Virus record (IMG/VR): IMGVR_UViG_3300029305_004606
Span: 64,001-128,000 of that record
Direction: 5' to 3' (one strand)
Length of the DNA: 64,000 nucleotides
Origin: a virus
Lineage: Duplodnaviria; Caudoviricetes
Position numbers and translations under genes: made by a program. Within the stretch, counting starts at the first letter, position 1; the number at the start of each line of letters is the position of its first letter. Shown piece after piece: positions 61,188 through 64,000 of this stretch. Below the pieces are notes generated by a model. That model saw only the letters and a list, made by a program, of their open reading frames with translations. It ran no database searches and was not told where the DNA came from.

Positions 61188-61724
61188 ATGAATGAAGTTA
61201 TTTTTTCTTCAGAAAACAACGAGTATAAAATTAGACTTACAAAACAAAAGAAATTTTTCACTCAATCTCAATTTGGGCAATATAATTGTACAATAGAATT
61301 CTATAATAGTATAAATCTTCTTGTTTTAAAAATTAATTGTACTGAAAAAGAATTATATTTATGCATACAAAAATTATCAGAACTTGGAACAAATATTATG
61401 GTCGTTGGAGATACAGAAGGAATAGAATTATCTTCAGTTATAGAATTTAATTCTACTGGCGATTTGAATAATTATTTTTGGTATTTATCGACAACAAATA
61501 TTACTACATTCCCTATGGATTATCCAACTGATGATGATATTATGTGCTCTATATGTATATTTTCTAATAAAATGGATCAAAATTCATTAAGAATTTTTCT
61601 TCCTATGACATATTCATTTCTTGATGTTATGATATATAATATATATTTAGTTTTAGAAGATATTCCATATTTAGATGAACTGAATAATCAGGTTATAAAG
61701 GAATTTATAGAGGGGGAGTTATAA
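61188..61724 (+). CDS. Hypothetical protein (tandem paralog 1)
   Basis: Promoter motif at 61122, AAAGGA SD. Confidence 0.7.
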   Translation: MNEVIFSSENNEYKIRLTKQKKFFTQSQFGQYNCTIEFYNSINLLVLKINCTEKELYLCIQKLSELGTNIMVVGDTEGIELSSVIEFNSTGDLNNYFWYLSTTNITTFPMDYPTDDDIMCSICIFSNKMDQNSLRIFLPMTYSFLDVMIYNIYLVLEDIPYLDELNNQVIKEFIEGEL

Positions 61725-61725
61725 T

Positions 61726-62304
61726 ATGAAAGAACCTGTAGTTTTTAGATCTCAGAATCAAGATATTATAATAGAATTTCAAAAAGAAAAGGTTAATAGG
61801 GTATTTTCATTTGCTAAAACTGATGAAGAAGATAGATATTTATATACTATGATTTTTAAGAATATTTTAGGTTCTATTATAAAAGTTATTCAGCTTTCTG
61901 ATTGTGAAATGTATATACTTCTTGATAATATTTATAATTTTATATATACAAATTCTGATAATATGTCTGTTTCTTTATCATGTAAAGATTCTGTTGGAAA
62001 ATCATATATTTTTGTTATAGATACTGATATAATTGAACCAGAAATATTTGCAGAATATAATTCGTATCAATTATCTCATACATTGTCAATTAAAAGAAAA
62101 AATATTTTTAAGATATATGAACATATTTCTGAATCATTAGTTTCTGTATTATCTTTTGAGATATCTAATTCAATTCCAGAATTTGCAAATTGTATATATG
62201 AAATATGTATACAGGGTATGGATATACCTAGAGAACAATTATCTGAAATTACTGCAACTAATATTGGAACTTTATTAAAACCTGATTTTTTACTTGGAAA
62301 ATAA
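61726..62304 (+). CDS. Hypothetical protein (tandem paralog 2)
   Basis: GGGGAG SD; N-terminal similarity to previous gene. Confidence 0.7.
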   Translation: MKEPVVFRSQNQDIIIEFQKEKVNRVFSFAKTDEEDRYLYTMIFKNILGSIIKVIQLSDCEMYILLDNIYNFIYTNSDNMSVSLSCKDSVGKSYIFVIDTDIIEPEIFAEYNSYQLSHTLSIKRKNIFKIYEHISESLVSVLSFEISNSIPEFANCIYEICIQGMDIPREQLSEITATNIGTLLKPDFLLGK

Positions 62305-62321
62305 TAAATTAATACAACCAG

Positions 62322-62668
62322 AACAGTTCAGTAGAATAGAGGGGCGGGGGCAGGGAGAGAGTAGGAATAAAAGGGTCTATTTTATATTAACTATATTTTT
62401 ATAAAAGATAAAGTATTAGTTTAAATTCTATTTAAAATATTAGAATTTTAGGTAAGCAAAAAGTTAAAATTAAAAAACTTTTTGCTTATAAACAATGTGA
62501 TAGAGAATACCCTCTCGGGAGGGGAGTTCCTCCCCTCCCTGGCGGGACGCCACCCCTCCCCTAATATAAGTGCCCGCCATAATAATAGACCCGTACTTTG
62601 TACGAATTTTTTCTTAATATAGTTTATTTTTTGAGATTTGTCCCCTATAGGTTTATAGCCTATAGGGG
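62322..62668 (+). other. GC-rich structured non-coding island (candidate origin or ncRNA locus)
   Basis: Two AACA-N6-TAGA motifs, G-tracts, several perfect hairpins, AT-rich spacer. Confidence 0.5.
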
Positions 62669-62927
62669 TTATTTTTCTTTTATTTCTAAAAATGTAAAAG
62701 TTGAGTTTTTCAATAATATACTATAATTATGAATAGAAGATAGATATCAATTAAAAGTTGGGATTTTATCTAATATTTAATCTATATATTTTGATATATA
62801 AATATTATAGATTTTACTAGAAATATTAGGTAATCGAAAAATGTAAAAGTCAAGAATTTCGGTTATATAATATAATAGTGAATAAAGAGATATAGTTATT
62901 TCTATCAAAAGAAAAGGAGGTGAAAGC

Positions 62928-63044
62928 ATGAAAGGAATAATTATATTATCTGTTGGAATTACAGCAGGATTCTGTCTAGCATGTTATGCATTAGACGAAC
63001 AACCTTCTTATGCTTTTGATAGGTTGGTTGAACATTTTTCCTAA
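62928..63044 (+). CDS. Small hydrophobic protein (38 aa, not in ORF track)
   Basis: AAGGAGG SD; MKGIIILSVGITAGFCLACYAL... Confidence 0.6.
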   Translation: MKGIIILSVGITAGFCLACYALDEQPSYAFDRLVEHFS

Positions 63045-63109
63045 GATCCGAGGAATAAAACGGATCAATTCGTCATCAAAAAATAATTAAGAAAATGGAG
63101 GAAAGAAAA

Positions 63110-63508
63110 ATGATGAATGTATTAGCAGAAGCTGCGTTATCAGCAGGTGTAAAAACAGGTTGTAAAATTGGAGCAAAAGTAGCTTGTTATGTAGGTGGTA
63201 CATTACTTGGTTATGGAGTAAGCCAGGTGGTAATGCCTGAAGTTCGTAAAAGTATGGACAAATACATGACAAAGAAATTTGGAGAAGAAGCATGGAATCA
63301 TGCTCAGGCTACCGGTCAGTTTACTGAAGAGATGCAAGAAGAAATCAATTGGTACAATTGGGAAGCTACTTGTATCAATGGGTTATGTAATGCAGTTGGA
63401 GCAATCGCTTCAGCATTTGCAGATACTGCAGCTTGTAAAGCAATTGATAAGTCAGAATTTTCAGGTACTTGCAATGGTTTTACAATTGGAAACAATTATA
63501 AGATTTAA
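63110..63508 (+). CDS. Ala/Gly-rich hypothetical protein, possibly membrane-associated
   Basis: GGAGG SD; hydrophobic glycine-zipper-like segments. Confidence 0.7.
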   Translation: MMNVLAEAALSAGVKTGCKIGAKVACYVGGTLLGYGVSQVVMPEVRKSMDKYMTKKFGEEAWNHAQATGQFTEEMQEEINWYNWEATCINGLCNAVGAIASAFADTAACKAIDKSEFSGTCNGFTIGNNYKI

Positions 63509-63617
63509 GTTTCCAAATTACAATTTCATATGGTAAATATAGTAACTATTAATTTCCCTTGAGGGAACAAATGATACTCTTATTTAAGAAAAATAATATT
63601 ATAAGGAGGACAAAAAT

Positions 63618-64000
63618 ATGAGTATGAAGAGTGTAGCATTAGCAACTATGGGAGCAACAGCAGGTTTTGTAGCAGGTAATTATTTATATAACCTGGATAA
63701 GGAAGCAAACAAATATAAGGAGGTACCTGTACCTTTTTATACAGTACGCAAAGTAGCTGACGATATCAGCAAAGAAACCAAGAAAATGGTTGACGAGATA
63801 AAGGCTAAATGTTGTAAGAATGCTGAAGAAGTTATTGATGAAGATGTTGTGGAAGAAGTAGAACAGCAGATTCATGAGGTAACAGATGAAGAAGTTGCAG
63901 AAGAACTTAAGAGTTCTGAACAGCCTATTATTGACGCTACTGTTGTAGATGGTAAAGCTGTAGAAGTTGATGGAGAAGGAAATCCTGTATCTATGCAAAC
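63618..64000 (+). CDS. Hypothetical protein, N-terminal hydrophobic helix plus acidic region (3' truncated)
   Basis: AAGGAGG SD; MSMKSVALATMGATAGFVAGNYL...; open to window end. Confidence 0.7.
   Translation, partial: MSMKSVALATMGATAGFVAGNYLYNLDKEANKYKEVPVPFYTVRKVADDISKETKKMVDEIKAKCCKNAEEVIDEDVVEEVEQQIHEVTDEEVAEELKSSEQPIIDATVVDGKAVEVDGEGNPVSMQ

Noticed and set aside
62453-62490. AAGCAAAAAGTTAAAAT resembling a Cas9 tracrRNA, and GTTTTAG at 57603 resembling a type II repeat
   Set aside because: Matches are short, explained by local hairpins; no repeat-spacer array or cas gene
1-64000. Alternative genetic code or stop-codon recoding
   Set aside because: Long conserved genes read through intact in code 11, and TAA, TAG and TGA all terminate genes
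1-64000. Phage nucleus shell (chimallin) or PhuZ tubulin genes; tRNAs
   Set aside because: No recognisable motifs or cloverleaf in this window; cannot be excluded elsewhere in the genome

Overview
AT-rich, densely coding 64-kb segment of a jumbo phage of the phiKZ/AR9-like type (phage-encoded, split multisubunit RNA polymerase), most likely infecting an anaerobic Firmicute (class III RNR NrdDG, strong AGGAGG Shine-Dalgarno sites; host is inference). Recognisable genes: C-terminus of a NAD-dependent DNA ligase, RNAP beta N-half, two complementary RNAP beta' halves (one with DFDGD), SbcC/Rad50 ATPase, split family-B DNA polymerase, tyrosine recombinase, XRE regulator, dUTPase, dCMP deaminase, NrdD/NrdG, TARG1/DarG-like macrodomain, sigma-like protein, RNase H, a kinase-like protein and putative virion proteins. 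Two recurring promoter-like motifs (TTATATATTATAA and NAC[A/T]-N6-TA) explain most intergenic DNA. Main leads, all read by eye and unverified: (1) a short linear motif [S/C/V/D]-P-[I/L]-x-F in the terminal tails of many unrelated replication/transcription proteins, alongside two proteins with prion-like Y/G/Q/P domains, suggesting a docking or compartment-recruitment system; (2) several stand-alone promoter-structure-terminator units without convincing ORFs (candidate phage sRNAs); (3) a GC-rich island at 62.3-62.7 kb where tandem promoters would make G-rich RNAs next to an AT-rich tract (candidate R-loop origin or structured RNA). No tRNA, rRNA, CRISPR array, intron or intein was recognised.
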